From the IMG/VR virus record IMGVR_UViG_3300025534_000198, positions 1 through 33,930 of that record: a DNA stretch of 33,930 nt; one strand, 5' to 3'. The position numbers and the translations under genes are program-made. The notes under the pieces are model-generated. The model was not told the origin of the DNA and did not search any database. It worked only from the letters and a program-made list of their open reading frames with translations. This DNA is from a virus (lineage: Duplodnaviria > Caudoviricetes). Positions 1 through 9,500 of the stretch are shown in pieces. Within the stretch, counting starts at the first letter, position 1, and the number at the start of each line of letters is the position of its first letter.

Positions 1-228
1 AACGAGGCGCTCCGCGCCGATATGGCGGCGATCAAGCGGGCAACGGATGCCGCGAATGCCGCGATGGCCGATGCCCGGTCGCGGGCGCAGCAGGCGGCCC
101 GCGCCGTCCGCACGCAGGACCTCCGGGCCAAGGCCCAGAGCGACCCGCAGGAGCTTGAGCGGCAGATCAACCGCGACACCGCCGAAGCCTTCCGGCAGCT
201 TGAGGATTTGACCCGCAATGCACCGTAA
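1..228 (+). CDS. Inner-membrane spanin (Rz-like), 5'-truncated by the window edge
   Basis: Frame is open from base 1 (NEALRADMAAIKRA...). Ala/Gln/Arg-rich coiled-coil sequence; the stop overlaps a downstream lipoprotein gene, as in Rz/Rz1 pairs. Confidence 0.6.
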   Translation, partial: NEALRADMAAIKRATDAANAAMADARSRAQQAARAVRTQDLRAKAQSDPQELERQINRDTAEAFRQLEDLTRNAP

Positions 229-553
229 CCTTGCCGTGCTTGGGCTGCTTGCCCTGCTGGCCGCCTGCGGCTCGCATGACATCGAGCCGGTCACGGTGCC
301 CCCGGCACCAGTCGCGGTGCCGCCGATCCAGCCCCTCGTCATGAACCCGGTCCAGTGGCGGGTGATTGCGGGCGACACGCCCCTGATCGCGCTGGACGAG
401 GAGGGCTATCGCAACCTGACCCTCAACCTGATCGACCTGCGCCGCTACATCGAGGAGCAGAAGGCGGTCATTGCCATGCTCCGCCGGATCATGGACGAGC
501 GCAGCCAGCAGGGCCAGCCGCAGCCCACCCAACCGGCACAAGCCAGCCCATGA
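218..553 (+). CDS. Outer-membrane lipoprotein spanin (Rz1-like)
   Basis: Signal peptide with lipobox LAAC (MHRNLAVLGLLALLAAC), then a Pro-rich linker and a helical C-terminus. Overlaps the upstream coiled-coil ORF by 11 nt. Confidence 0.7.
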   Translation: MHRNLAVLGLLALLAACGSHDIEPVTVPPAPVAVPPIQPLVMNPVQWRVIAGDTPLIALDEEGYRNLTLNLIDLRRYIEEQKAVIAMLRRIMDERSQQGQPQPTQPAQASP

Positions 554-1350
554 ACCCGTATGCGGTCCTTGGCCTCAGCCCCGGTGCCAGCGAGGCCGAG
601 GTGAAGGCGGCCTACCGCCGCCTCGCCATGCAGTATCACCCGGACAGGAATCCCGGCGACAAGTCTGCCGAGGAGAGGTTCAAGGAAATCGGCGCAGCCT
701 ATGAGGCGATTCGGAACCCACAGAAGCAGCAGCCCGAACCTGAGCCTGATCCGTTCTCGCAATTCGGGTTCCGGAGCCACCCCGGCTTCGCGAGCCTCGA
801 CGAGATTTTCGCGGCTTTCGCCGCCCAGCAGCGGCGCCGGAACCGCGACATCACGGTGGAATGCCGGATCAGTCTTGAGGAAGCCTTCCGGGGCGTGGAC
901 GTGTCCGTGACGCTCCCCCATGGCACGGTCAGCGTGCGCATCCCGTCCGGCGCCGACAACGGCCTGCGCCTTCGCGTCCCACAGGCGGGCGACCGGTCCT
1001 TCCCCTCTCTCACGCCCGGCGATCTGTTTGTGATCGTCCATGTCACGCCGCACCCCCGCTTCCAGAGGGTCCGGCAAAATCTCCTGACGGACATCCAGAT
1101 CGAGGTATGGGACCTCCTGCTGGGCGGCACCGTCGAGGTCACGGGCATCGACGGCGCCCGTATGTCCGTGACCATACCACCCGGTTTCGATCCCACCGGC
1201 CGCCTGCGGCTTGCCGGGCAGGGAATGCCGGGACTCAACGGCATGGAGCGGGGCGACCTGCTGGTGGGGCTCACGATCCGCTATCCCGCCCTCACGGAGG
1301 CTCAGAAGGGCCTCCTTGCCAAGGCACGCGACCTCGCCAAGCGAAGCTGA
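550..1350 (+). CDS. dnaJ: DnaJ-family co-chaperone, class B (CbpA-like, no zinc finger)
   Basis: ATG 550 overlaps the spanin stop (ATGA). J-domain NPYAVLGL...AYRRLAMQYHPDRNPGD...FKEI with HPD motif, short G/F region, DnaJ C-terminal domain (GDLFV, RLAGQGMP, GDLLV). Confidence 0.92.
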   Translation: MNPYAVLGLSPGASEAEVKAAYRRLAMQYHPDRNPGDKSAEERFKEIGAAYEAIRNPQKQQPEPEPDPFSQFGFRSHPGFASLDEIFAAFAAQQRRRNRDITVECRISLEEAFRGVDVSVTLPHGTVSVRIPSGADNGLRLRVPQAGDRSFPSLTPGDLFVIVHVTPHPRFQRVRQNLLTDIQIEVWDLLLGGTVEVTGIDGARMSVTIPPGFDPTGRLRLAGQGMPGLNGMERGDLLVGLTIRYPALTEAQKGLLAKARDLAKRS

Positions 1351-1380
1351 GCGACTTCTCCGGCAAACCTCTTATTGCCG

Positions 1381-1409
1381 TTGACCGCCACCGAATTCAT
1401 AGCTACTCT
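1381..1409 (+). promoter_or_regulatory. Sigma70-type promoter for clpA
   Basis: TTGACC (1381-1386), 17 nt spacer, TACTCT (1404-1409) preceded by GC; intergenic position. Confidence 0.6.
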
Positions 1410-1418
1410 CGAAGCACT

Positions 1419-1490
1419 ATCCGGGATCAGTCCTCTTGCTGATTCCACAAAGACATCTTTCACCGGATCGGCAGCCGCCGTCCAAGAGGA
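1419..1490 (+). promoter_or_regulatory. Candidate structured 5' leader RNA of clpA with loop-SD pairing
   Basis: ATCCGG 1419-1424 pairs with CCGGAT 1463-1468. GATCAG 1425-1430 and CTGATT 1439-1444 enclose loop TCCTCTTG 1431-1438, the exact complement of CAAGAGGA 1483-1490, which contains the RBS. Confidence 0.45.
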
Positions 1491-1499
1491 TATTTCAGA

Positions 1500-3794
1500 A
1501 TGGCAACTGACGAAAGCCATGGGAATGTCACGGCAATTGCCTTGCGGGCCATCAACATTGCCCGCGAGAACATGCACGAGATGGCAACCTTGGAGCACAT
1601 CCTGATCGCGCTTCTTGAGCGCGAGGAGGTCCAAAAGGCTCTTGCCGACCTGTCCGTGGATACGACAGCCCTTTCCAATCTCATGGAGAGCTTCCTCGCG
1701 GCCGACTTCGTGCCCCGGCGGAGCGGCGGGACACCGATGAAGTCCCGCGATTTCGAGGCGCTTTGCCTCCATACCATCGGTACCGCGCTGTTTAGCCAGC
1801 GCAAGACGCCGGATGGCCTCGACATGCTGCTGCACATGTTGCAGTTCCCGCACGAGGACAGCTTTGCGGTGACGGCGCTGCTGCGCTGCGGCCTCACCTC
1901 TCTGATGCTCAAGCGATATCTCGCGCACGGCCCCGGTGCAGTGAAACGGGGTTCGACGGTGCAGTCCGGCCGCGTACCGGAAGGCATGGAGGGCACCACC
2001 CCCGACGCCGATCCGACCAACATTGATGACGCCATCAAGCTCGTCACCAAGTACTGCACCGACCTAAACGCGGCGGCCAAGGAGGGTCGCACCGATCCGC
2101 TGATTGGCCGCGAGACCGAGGTCGCCGAGATCGTCCAGATCATCGCCCGCCGCACCAAGAACAACGTCGTGCTGGTCGGCGAACCGGGCGTCGGCAAGAC
2201 CGCCATCGCCGAGGGGCTCGCCCTCAAGATCGTGCGCGGGGAGGTTCCTGCCACCCTCGCCAAGTCCACCGTCTATTCGCTGGATGTCGGCGCACTGGTC
2301 GCCGGGACGCGCTTCCGGGGCGACTTCGAGGAGCGCATGAAGCTGCTCCTCAAGGCTCTCGGGATGATCGAGGGCGCGATCCTGTTCATCGACGAAATCC
2401 ACACCATCATGGATGCGGGCGCCGGGTCCAAGGGATCGCTTGACGTGGCGAACCTGCTCAAGCCCGCCCTCGCCAAGGGCACGCTGCGCTGCATCGGCTC
2501 GACCACCTTCGAGGAGTACCGCAAGCACTTCGAGAAGGATCGCGCCCTGATCCGTCGCTTCAAAAAGGTCATGGTGGATGAGCCGAGCATCGCCGATGCG
2601 AAGCTGATCCTGCGCGGCCTCAAGGGCGCCTACGAGACCTACCACGGCGTCACCTACACGGATGCCGCCATCGACGCGGCGGTCGAACTGACGGCGAAGT
2701 ACATCCATGGCGCCCTGCTGCCCGACAAGGCCATCGATGTCATGGACAATGCTGGTGCGAGGCAGCGCGTGGCGCCCGAGGACCAACGCCTGACCGTCAT
2801 CGATGTGGCGCAGATCGAGGCCGAAGTCTCCCGCGTCGCCAAGATACCGCTCACGGAGGTGAGTGCCGACGAGAGTGAGCGTCTTGCCCGGCTTGAGGAT
2901 GACCTGCGGGCTGCCGTGTTCGGGCAGGACAAGGCGATCACCACTCTGGTGGATGCGGTGTTCGTGACCCGTGCCGGGCTGCGCGAGCCGAACAAGCCCG
3001 CCGGGAGCTACCTGTTCGCCGGACCGACGGGTGTCGGAAAGACCGAGGTGGCCCGCCGGCTTGCCAAGACGCTCGGCGTCCCGCTGGTGAAGTTCGACAT
3101 GTCCGAGTACATGGAGAAGCACAGCGTCTCCAAGCTGATCGGCGCGCCTCCGGGCTATGTCGGCTATGGCGAGGGCGGTTCCGGCAATGGCCTGCTGACC
3201 AACGCCATCGACCAGTCCCCGTCCTGCGTGCTGCTGCTTGATGAGATCGAGAAGGCGCACGAGGACATCTACAACATCCTGTTGCAGGTGATGGACGATG
3301 GTCGCCTGACCAACTCGGACGGCAAGACCGTCAGCTTCCGCAACGTCATCCTGATCATGACCTCCAATGCCGGGGCCAGCGCCGCCGAGAAGAACCCGAT
3401 TGGCTTCGGCCGCAGCGAAGTCCCGCAGATGGATGACAAGGCGATCAAGCGCACCTTCACGCCGGAGTTCCGTAACCGCCTCGATGCCGTCGTGACATTC
3501 GACCGCCTGCGGCCGGAGAACATGGTGAAGATCGTGGACAAGTTCCTCGCTTCGCTGTCCACCCTCGCGGCGGAACGCAAGGTCACCATCGAGGCCGACG
3601 ATGCCGCGCGCGAGTGGCTTGCCAAGGCGGGTTACGATCCGCTGATGGGCGCCCGGCCGCTGGCGCGCGTCATTCAGGAGCACATCAAGAAGCCGCTCTC
3701 CCGGATGATGCTGGTTGGCGACCTCAAGAACGGCGGCAAGGCGCTGGTGAGCGCCAACGAGAACGGCATCGTCATCAGCGGCGCCGCAGCCTGA
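1500..3794 (+). CDS. clpA: ATP-dependent Clp protease ATP-binding subunit ClpA
   Basis: Clp N-domain (EHILIALL); two AAA+ modules (GEPGVGKT/ILFIDEIH and GPTGVGKT/LLLDEIEKAH); DMSEYMEKHSVSKLIGAPPGYVG; ClpP-docking IGF loop (NPIGFG); no ClpB middle coiled coil. Confidence 0.93.
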   Translation: MATDESHGNVTAIALRAINIARENMHEMATLEHILIALLEREEVQKALADLSVDTTALSNLMESFLAADFVPRRSGGTPMKSRDFEALCLHTIGTALFSQRKTPDGLDMLLHMLQFPHEDSFAVTALLRCGLTSLMLKRYLAHGPGAVKRGSTVQSGRVPEGMEGTTPDADPTNIDDAIKLVTKYCTDLNAAAKEGRTDPLIGRETEVAEIVQIIARRTKNNVVLVGEPGVGKTAIAEGLALKIVRGEVPATLAKSTVYSLDVGALVAGTRFRGDFEERMKLLLKALGMIEGAILFIDEIHTIMDAGAGSKGSLDVANLLKPALAKGTLRCIGSTTFEEYRKHFEKDRALIRRFKKVMVDEPSIADAKLILRGLKGAYETYHGVTYTDAAIDAAVELTAKYIHGALLPDKAIDVMDNAGARQRVAPEDQRLTVIDVAQIEAEVSRVAKIPLTEVSADESERLARLEDDLRAAVFGQDKAITTLVDAVFVTRAGLREPNKPAGSYLFAGPTGVGKTEVARRLAKTLGVPLVKFDMSEYMEKHSVSKLIGAPPGYVGYGEGGSGNGLLTNAIDQSPSCVLLLDEIEKAHEDIYNILLQVMDDGRLTNSDGKTVSFRNVILIMTSNAGASAAEKNPIGFGRSEVPQMDDKAIKRTFTPEFRNRLDAVVTFDRLRPENMVKIVDKFLASLSTLAAERKVTIEADDAAREWLAKAGYDPLMGARPLARVIQEHIKKPLSRMMLVGDLKNGGKALVSANENGIVISGAAA

Positions 3795-3803
3795 TTGTTG
3801 ACC

Positions 3804-3832
3804 GATCCGGAGGGCCTCGCGTCCTTCGGATC
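3804..3832 (+). terminator. Hairpin after clpA (possible terminator or processing site)
   Basis: GATCCGGAGGG ... TCCTTCGGATC inverted repeat with G-U pairs; weak U tract. Confidence 0.35.
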
Positions 3833-3865
3833 GCCTGAACCGATTTTCAAGGACAGCTTTTCAGT

Positions 3866-4240
3866 ATGAAGCCTACTCTGGCCCGGAAGCTCATTGCCAA
3901 GGGTGTGATCCAGCGCGGGACCGAGGTCGATGCCTATTTCAACGCACACGGCCTGTCCGGCCAGATGGACCAACGGATCATCGAACGTTTTGTGGTGCGG
4001 GGCGCCCGTGCGACCTCGGATGGGAAGGTCTTTTTCGAGGGTCTACGCGAGGGCGACGACCGGCTCCACCGCTTCCCTTCGGACAACATCGTCAAGCTGG
4101 ATGGAATGACGACCGACCGTGTCGCCGCGATCTACAATCTCTCGGAGGATGGCGAGGAAGCTACGACGACACGCAGACGGGGCCGCAAACCACGCAGCGA
4201 GGGCGCGGACCAAGCGGCAGGAGCCGAGGCCGATGGCTGA
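3866..4240 (+). CDS. Hypothetical phage protein with a basic C-terminal tail
   Basis: 124 aa ORF with GGA RBS; AT-hook-like RRRGRKPR near the C-terminus. Confidence 0.75.
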   Translation: MKPTLARKLIAKGVIQRGTEVDAYFNAHGLSGQMDQRIIERFVVRGARATSDGKVFFEGLREGDDRLHRFPSDNIVKLDGMTTDRVAAIYNLSEDGEEATTTRRRGRKPRSEGADQAAGAEADG

Positions 4241-4508
4241 TATCGTCGGCTTCGATTCCCCGCTCACCAAGCTCAAGCGGGAATACGAGGAGAAGCTCGC
4301 CCAGCGTGATCGGGTGATCGAGGAGTTGCAGCGCGTCGCGGCGGATGCCCGCGAGAAGGCAGCGCGTCTGCGCGGCACTAATGACATGCTTAGGCTGCTG
4401 ATCACCGATCTTGAGAAGCAGATGGCGCAACTCGCCGATCAGGTCACGCTCATCCGTCGCAACCTTCTCGAACTGAAAGGCAAGTTACCGGACATTCCCG
4501 AGGATTGA
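4233..4508 (+). CDS. Hypothetical coiled-coil protein (91 aa)
   Basis: AGGAG RBS at 4219-4223; ATG 4233 overlaps the previous stop; heptad-like L/I pattern throughout. Confidence 0.7.
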   Translation: MADIVGFDSPLTKLKREYEEKLAQRDRVIEELQRVAADAREKAARLRGTNDMLRLLITDLEKQMAQLADQVTLIRRNLLELKGKLPDIPED

Positions 4509-4511
4509 AGC

Positions 4512-4533
4512 GAGCCGCGCAGCAGCGCGGCTC
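4512..4533. terminator. GC-rich hairpin between convergent genes
   Basis: GAGCCGCGC-AGCA-GCGCGGCTC, a perfect 9 bp stem. Confidence 0.5.
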
Positions 4534-4633
4534 CGGAATACGGCTTCAAGGACCGGCATCGGTCACTCCGCCTCGCTGGGATGCGTGACCTCCACCCCGG
4601 ATGGAGCGCGACAGAAAGTCATAGAACGACTTT

Positions 4634-4882
4634 TCAAGGTTCGGGAGGCAGGGCCAGCATCGGAAGGGGCGCGATGGGGAAGCACCTGCGCATCAGGCCA
4701 TCACAGTGCCCGCACCGGCAGTACCAATGGGACCCATCGACGATGAAGCAAGAGGCTTCATGCGTGTGGAGCCAGTTGCCGCAGTGTGCGCACATGCCAT
4801 CCCGGCCGAAGCGGGGATTCCGCTCCTTATAGCGTCGCCGCTTCCGGCGAGCAGCAAGCCATCTTCTCAGGCGTCCGGGCAT
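4634..4882 (-). CDS. Small zinc-ribbon protein (82 aa)
   Basis: Start at MPGRLRR, overlapping the upstream gene end; CAHC ... CGHC motifs and an Arg-rich N-terminus. Confidence 0.6.
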   Translation of the reverse strand: MPGRLRRWLAARRKRRRYKERNPRFGRDGMCAHCGNWLHTHEASCFIVDGSHWYCRCGHCDGLMRRCFPIAPLPMLALPPEP

Positions 4883-5331
4883 CGGATTTTCCGGGCGATC
4901 CTGTCCAGCCGCGCCGCGCTCTCGCGGTGATAATCGGCCAAGACCGTGGCATAGTCCTCCTCGACCCTGCGCAACATGTCTATGATCCGGTCGGCGGCAT
5001 CCTCCTCTTTCTTGATCTCGCGGAACATAGCCTTCACCGCGTTGCGGCAAGCCATGGTCGGAGCTTGCTTGCAGAAGGCATCGGGCAGCTTGACGTGGCG
5101 ATGCAGATCGAGATTCTCGCGGTCCAGTGTCTCGCTGATCGCTGCGTCGGTGATGGACGTGGCGTTAATCCCGTACAATGCCTCGATTGCTGCAATGGTC
5201 CATGTACGGTAGGTCATGGGTACACCAGCAACGGCGATCCCTGCGGTCCCGCCGTCGATCAGGAATACATAGGGTTGGTTGCCGACAAGGCTGGCAACGC
5301 ACGCGCTGACGGCTTTCTGCTCAGTAATCAT
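4867..5331 (-). CDS. Hypothetical protein (154 aa)
   Basis: ORF overlaps both neighbours in a coupled minus-strand operon; no recognised motif. Confidence 0.6.
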   Translation of the reverse strand: MITEQKAVSACVASLVGNQPYVFLIDGGTAGIAVAGVPMTYRTWTIAAIEALYGINATSITDAAISETLDRENLDLHRHVKLPDAFCKQAPTMACRNAVKAMFREIKKEEDAADRIIDMLRRVEEDYATVLADYHRESAARLDRIARKIRCPDA

Positions 5332-5989
5332 CGGAACCGCCAGACATATTCAGGTGTAGGGTCTTATCGAACCGGTCTGTGATCTTCGGGTCGTTAAGGC
5401 CGATGATCGTCGCGAACACACCCGGTTCCGGGTGAAAGCCGTAGGCGCAGTATTTCAATAGCCGGAGCCCGTTTTTCCGGCGCTGCTCGCCATTGTGGAT
5501 GACGAGGCGCTTCGCGGCATTGTCCGCGAAGAACCGCTCATCGGCGATCCATGTCCATCCATCCGTCACCGCCATGCAGACGGTGAAGTCGAAATCGTCG
5601 ATGACCTCCTCAGCCGTCGCAAAGGCGCGGTTCCCGATCACCTGTACCTTCACCTGCTGGTCATTGGCGAGCGTCAGGTAGTAGTCCGTGATGGCTGGGC
5701 GGGCCTCGGGCTGCGTGGCCTTGAGACCTCGTCCCCGGTCCACACGCTTGCGCAGATCGCCACGCGCCCGAAGGGCGGCCTCGACTTTCCGAGCCGGAGG
5801 CACTTCGCCATCCTGTGCGAGCGGAAGGAAGATGTCGATGTCGCCTTCCGGAGGCAGGTCCCCGAAAATTCGCCGCAGGGCGCCGCCCGCAACCCACGGA
5901 CCATCTTTCATGCGGGGAAAGCCGAGGGAACGGATGGCCGTCAGGAGCGGATGTTCCCGCGATCCGAACTCCCCATGCACCAATGCCAT
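5321..5989 (-). CDS. Stand-alone nucleotidyltransferase (poly(A) polymerase/CCA-adding head-domain-like)
   Basis: GPWVAGGALRR...GDIDIF (hG[GS]...DxD catalytic motif), DDFDFTVCM (RDFTxN-like motif), and C-terminal RLLKY...GF. Confidence 0.75.
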   Translation of the reverse strand: MALVHGEFGSREHPLLTAIRSLGFPRMKDGPWVAGGALRRIFGDLPPEGDIDIFLPLAQDGEVPPARKVEAALRARGDLRKRVDRGRGLKATQPEARPAITDYYLTLANDQQVKVQVIGNRAFATAEEVIDDFDFTVCMAVTDGWTWIADERFFADNAAKRLVIHNGEQRRKNGLRLLKYCAYGFHPEPGVFATIIGLNDPKITDRFDKTLHLNMSGGSDDY

Positions 5990-6030
5990 TGAGCAAAATC
6001 CGTCGTAAATATGGTTTCTAAAACGGCATT

Positions 6031-6060
6031 ATCTTAGGTGGCTTCCGGGGGGTTTGGCAA
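6031..6060 (-). promoter_or_regulatory. Candidate sigma70 promoter for the nucleotidyltransferase operon
   Basis: Minus-strand TTGCCA-N18-TAAGAT in the divergent intergenic region. Confidence 0.35.
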
Positions 6061-6063
6061 CGG

Positions 6064-6070
6064 CTAAATA
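6064..6070 (+). promoter_or_regulatory. T4-like late promoter CTAAATA
   Basis: AT-rich heptamer 23 nt upstream of ATG 6094; the TAAATA core recurs before other virion genes. An extra GTAAATA lies at 6005-6011. Confidence 0.7.
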
Positions 6071-6093
6071 TCAGAACACCGGACCGAAATGCC

Positions 6094-6495
6094 ATGCCCA
6101 AGGCCAGTCATACCCTCCTAGCCGCCATGCCACCCGTGATCAGCTTTGTAGGGAAGCCCGTGCGGGCGGCTGGCTGGTACGGACCGACCCGTGGCCTGCA
6201 CACGGTCGCCATTCGTGTTGCCAATTTCCGAGGGCGCCTGTTCGTCGAAGCCAGTCTCGCTCTCGCCCCTCAGGATGATGAGTGGTTCTCGGTTCTACCG
6301 GATGCTGCGCCCTATATCGAGTTCCCCCGGCAGATGGTCGGGGTTGGCGAGACCGCAACGCTCGGCTTCTCGTTCCGCTGCAACTGCCTTTGGCTTCGCG
6401 CCCGCATGGACCGGAGCCACATCGCCCCCGCCACGCTGACGGAAGAACAGATCGCACAGTACGGCCGCGTCGATTTTGTCCGCGTCATCTTCTGA
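6094..6495 (+). CDS. Putative virion structural protein (beta-rich, 133 aa)
   Basis: Late promoter upstream; first gene of the structural block; beta-strand pattern GLHTVAIRV..FRGRLFVEASLA..P..DEWF. Confidence 0.65.
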   Translation: MPKASHTLLAAMPPVISFVGKPVRAAGWYGPTRGLHTVAIRVANFRGRLFVEASLALAPQDDEWFSVLPDAAPYIEFPRQMVGVGETATLGFSFRCNCLWLRARMDRSHIAPATLTEEQIAQYGRVDFVRVIF

Positions 6496-6508
6496 GAGCC
6501 GGGGCGGC

Positions 6509-6515
6509 ATAAATA
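6509..6515 (+). promoter_or_regulatory. T4-like late promoter ATAAATA
   Basis: TAAATA core 28 nt upstream of ATG 6544, followed by a GGAG RBS. Confidence 0.7.
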
Positions 6516-6543
6516 ACCCAAACCTGTTTTTGGAGCGTATTTT

Positions 6544-9500
6544 ATGCCGACGATTGGTAAGGGTCGCATCGTAGCCGGTACTGGTACCGTTACGTTCAAG
6601 CCGGAAACTGGTGTTGGCGCGGAGACCGCCCCGGTCGCCGCCCCGGCCGCTGCGCCGGAACCGAACAATGGCGCGATCCACGGCGTCACCGGCCTGAATG
6701 TCGGTGGTGGCGTCGGCATTTTCGCCGGAACCAACGGCAGCAAGAATGTCGTCCTCGAATTCAAGACTCTGGTCGCGGGCGACGGCATCGCCCTGATCGA
6801 GGACGCCGACGACATTACCATCGTCTCGACGGCGACCGGAGGTGGCGCGGGCGGCGCGGGCAAGTTCACGGACCTGACGGATGGCCCGCATCACATCGTC
6901 CAGAACGCCCTCCTGTTCGGCAGGACCCCCACCTCTCTCGATTTCACGTCCGCCCCGACCGGCGCCGGGCAGGTCCTCAGTTGGAATGGCACCGAGTTCG
7001 TCTGGGTACCGGGCGGCAGTGGCGCGGTCACGTCCGTCGCGCTGGCGGGCACGAACGGCGTCACCATCACCGGCTCCCCCATCACCTCGGCCGGGACCAT
7101 CACGGTTGGTCTCGCCGCGTCCGGCGTCACCCCCGGCACCTATCAGGCCGCGACCATCACCGTGGACGCGCAGGGCAGGATCACGGCCGCCACCGCGACC
7201 AGCCTACCCATAGGTACCGTTACCTCGGTTGGAGCCACCAGCAGCGACGGCACCCTCATCATCACGGGCTCGCCGATCACCGGGTCCGGCACGCTCGACT
7301 TCAAGCTTAGCCCTAGCGGGGTGACGGCGGGTACCTATACGAATGCCCAGTTCGTGGTGGATGCGACGGGCCGGATTGTCTCGGCGATTTCGCAGCCCCC
7401 GAACTCTGGGTCCGTTACGAATGTCGCCCTGATCTCCGATTCCAGCATCGCGGTTCAGGGCTCGCCGATTACCTCGTCCGGCACCTTCACCATCGGCCTG
7501 ACGGCCACTGGCGTTACCGCAGGCACATACACCAACGCCACGATCACCGTCGATGCGCAGGGCCGTATCGTCTCTGCTGTAAGCGGCACGGCTACCGGTG
7601 GCGGGGCTGATGATGAAATCGCATCCCTCACCACGCATCTCGTCTCCGTCAAGGCAGCCGAGACTGGCATTGAATTCAACACCAATGTCGCTGGCGCCAA
7701 GACGCTGGTCGGTCAGGTCATCGGCAGCGACGACACCGATGCCCGCTTCGCGCTCGATGTCGGCACGGCAGGCGAGGTCGCCCTCGTAGCTGACTCCGAG
7801 ACCGCGCCGGACGTGGCGGTGCGCATCGTCCCGAAGGGCAATGCCTCGGTCTATATCGGCAGTGAGACCCCCTCGGAGGCGCCGAGCGTCATCCAAGCCG
7901 AGGGCGGGCGCTCCCTGATCCTCTCCGGCGGCGATGCCGAAACCGGCAAGGGCGGAGACCTTATCCTCAGTGGCGGCAATGGTCCGGACGGCTACGGTGC
8001 GATCTCGGCTTCCGGTCAGCGCCTCACCAATGTGGCGGCGCCGGTCGTGGAAACCGATGCCGTCAACAAGGGCTACCTCGATACGGCGCTGGCCTCCGTT
8101 GGCTCCGGCTCCGGCACGGTCAGCAGTGTTGCGGCGGCGGGCATCGACGGCATCACGGTTACGGGCAGTCCGATCACTTCGAGCGGCACCTTCACCATCG
8201 GCTTGTCGGCGACCGGCGTTGCGGCGGGCACCTACAACACCGTCACGGTCGATGCGACCGGCCGAGTCACGGCCGCATCCAATACCACCTATCTGACGGC
8301 GGAAGCCGACACGCTGGCGACGGTAACGGGACGCGGCGCCTCCACCCCGGCGGCGCTGTCGATCACCAACAATACGGCCTCGTCCAGCACCAGCACTGGT
8401 GCTTTGACGGTGACCGGCGGCGTCGGCATTGGCGGCAATCTCAATCTCGGCGGCAACCTCGCGGTCACCGGCAATCTCGTCGTCAACGGCACCACGACCA
8501 CGGTCAACTCGACCACGGTGACCGTGGATGATCCAATCCTCACCTTGGGTGGCGATACGGCGCCGTCCCTCGACGACAACAAGGATCGGGGTATCGAATT
8601 CCGCTGGCATGACAGCAGCAGCGCGAAGCTAGGCTTCTTCGGCTTCGATGATTCGACCGGGCACTTCACCTTCATCCCCGATGCCACCAACACCAATGAG
8701 GTGTTCTCGGGAACCAAGGGCACCATCGAGGCGAACCTGCTTGGCTCGGTTACCGGCAATGCCGACACCGCCAGCGCGCTTGCCACCGCTCGCACCATTG
8801 CGCTCACCGGGGATGCGGCGGGCTCGGTTTCCTTCGATGGTTCGGCCGATGCGACGCTCGCGGTCACCTTGGCGAGCACGGGCGTCTCTGCGGGGACCTA
8901 CAATACCGTCGTGGTCGATGCCAAGGGCCGGGTGACGAGTGGCTCGAATGCCGCCTACCTGACCGCCAACCAGAACATCACCATCTCCGGTGATGCGACC
9001 GGTTCGGGCAGCACCGCCATCACCCTGACCCTTGCCAATTCCGGCGTCACGGCGGGCACCTACTCCAACCTCGTCATCGACAGTAAGGGGCGTGTCACCT
9101 CGGCGCGTGCGCTGAACTCCGGCGACATCACGACCGCCCTCGGCTTCACTCCTGCGGACGCGGCAAACATCGGCACCGTGACCTCCGTCGTGGCCACCGG
9201 AAGCAATGGCATCACCGTCACGGGCAGCCCGATCACAACCTCGGGCACCCTCAATGTGTCGCTCGCCGCATCCGGAGTTACGCCCGGCACCTACTCCTCC
9301 GCCAATATCGTGGTGGACGAATATGGTCGGATCACCAGCGCGACTTCCGGCAGCAGCGGCGATCCCGGCGGGTCGGGTGGCCTGAGCAGCGTCACGCTGA
9401 CCGGCGATGTGACCGGCACGAGCGACACAAACGGCAACATCGTCACGACGCTCGCTACGCGTGTCCTGCGTCAATATACCTTCCGGGTCAATTTCGAAGC

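Noticed and set aside
355-549. N-terminal extension of the DnaJ ORF in the track
   Set aside because: It overlaps the o-spanin; the J-domain starts at ATG 550 with ATGA coupling.
1500-3794. ClpB or a host chromosomal heat-shock locus
   Set aside because: No middle coiled-coil domain and an IGF loop is present, so it is ClpA; the flanks are spanins and phage genes.
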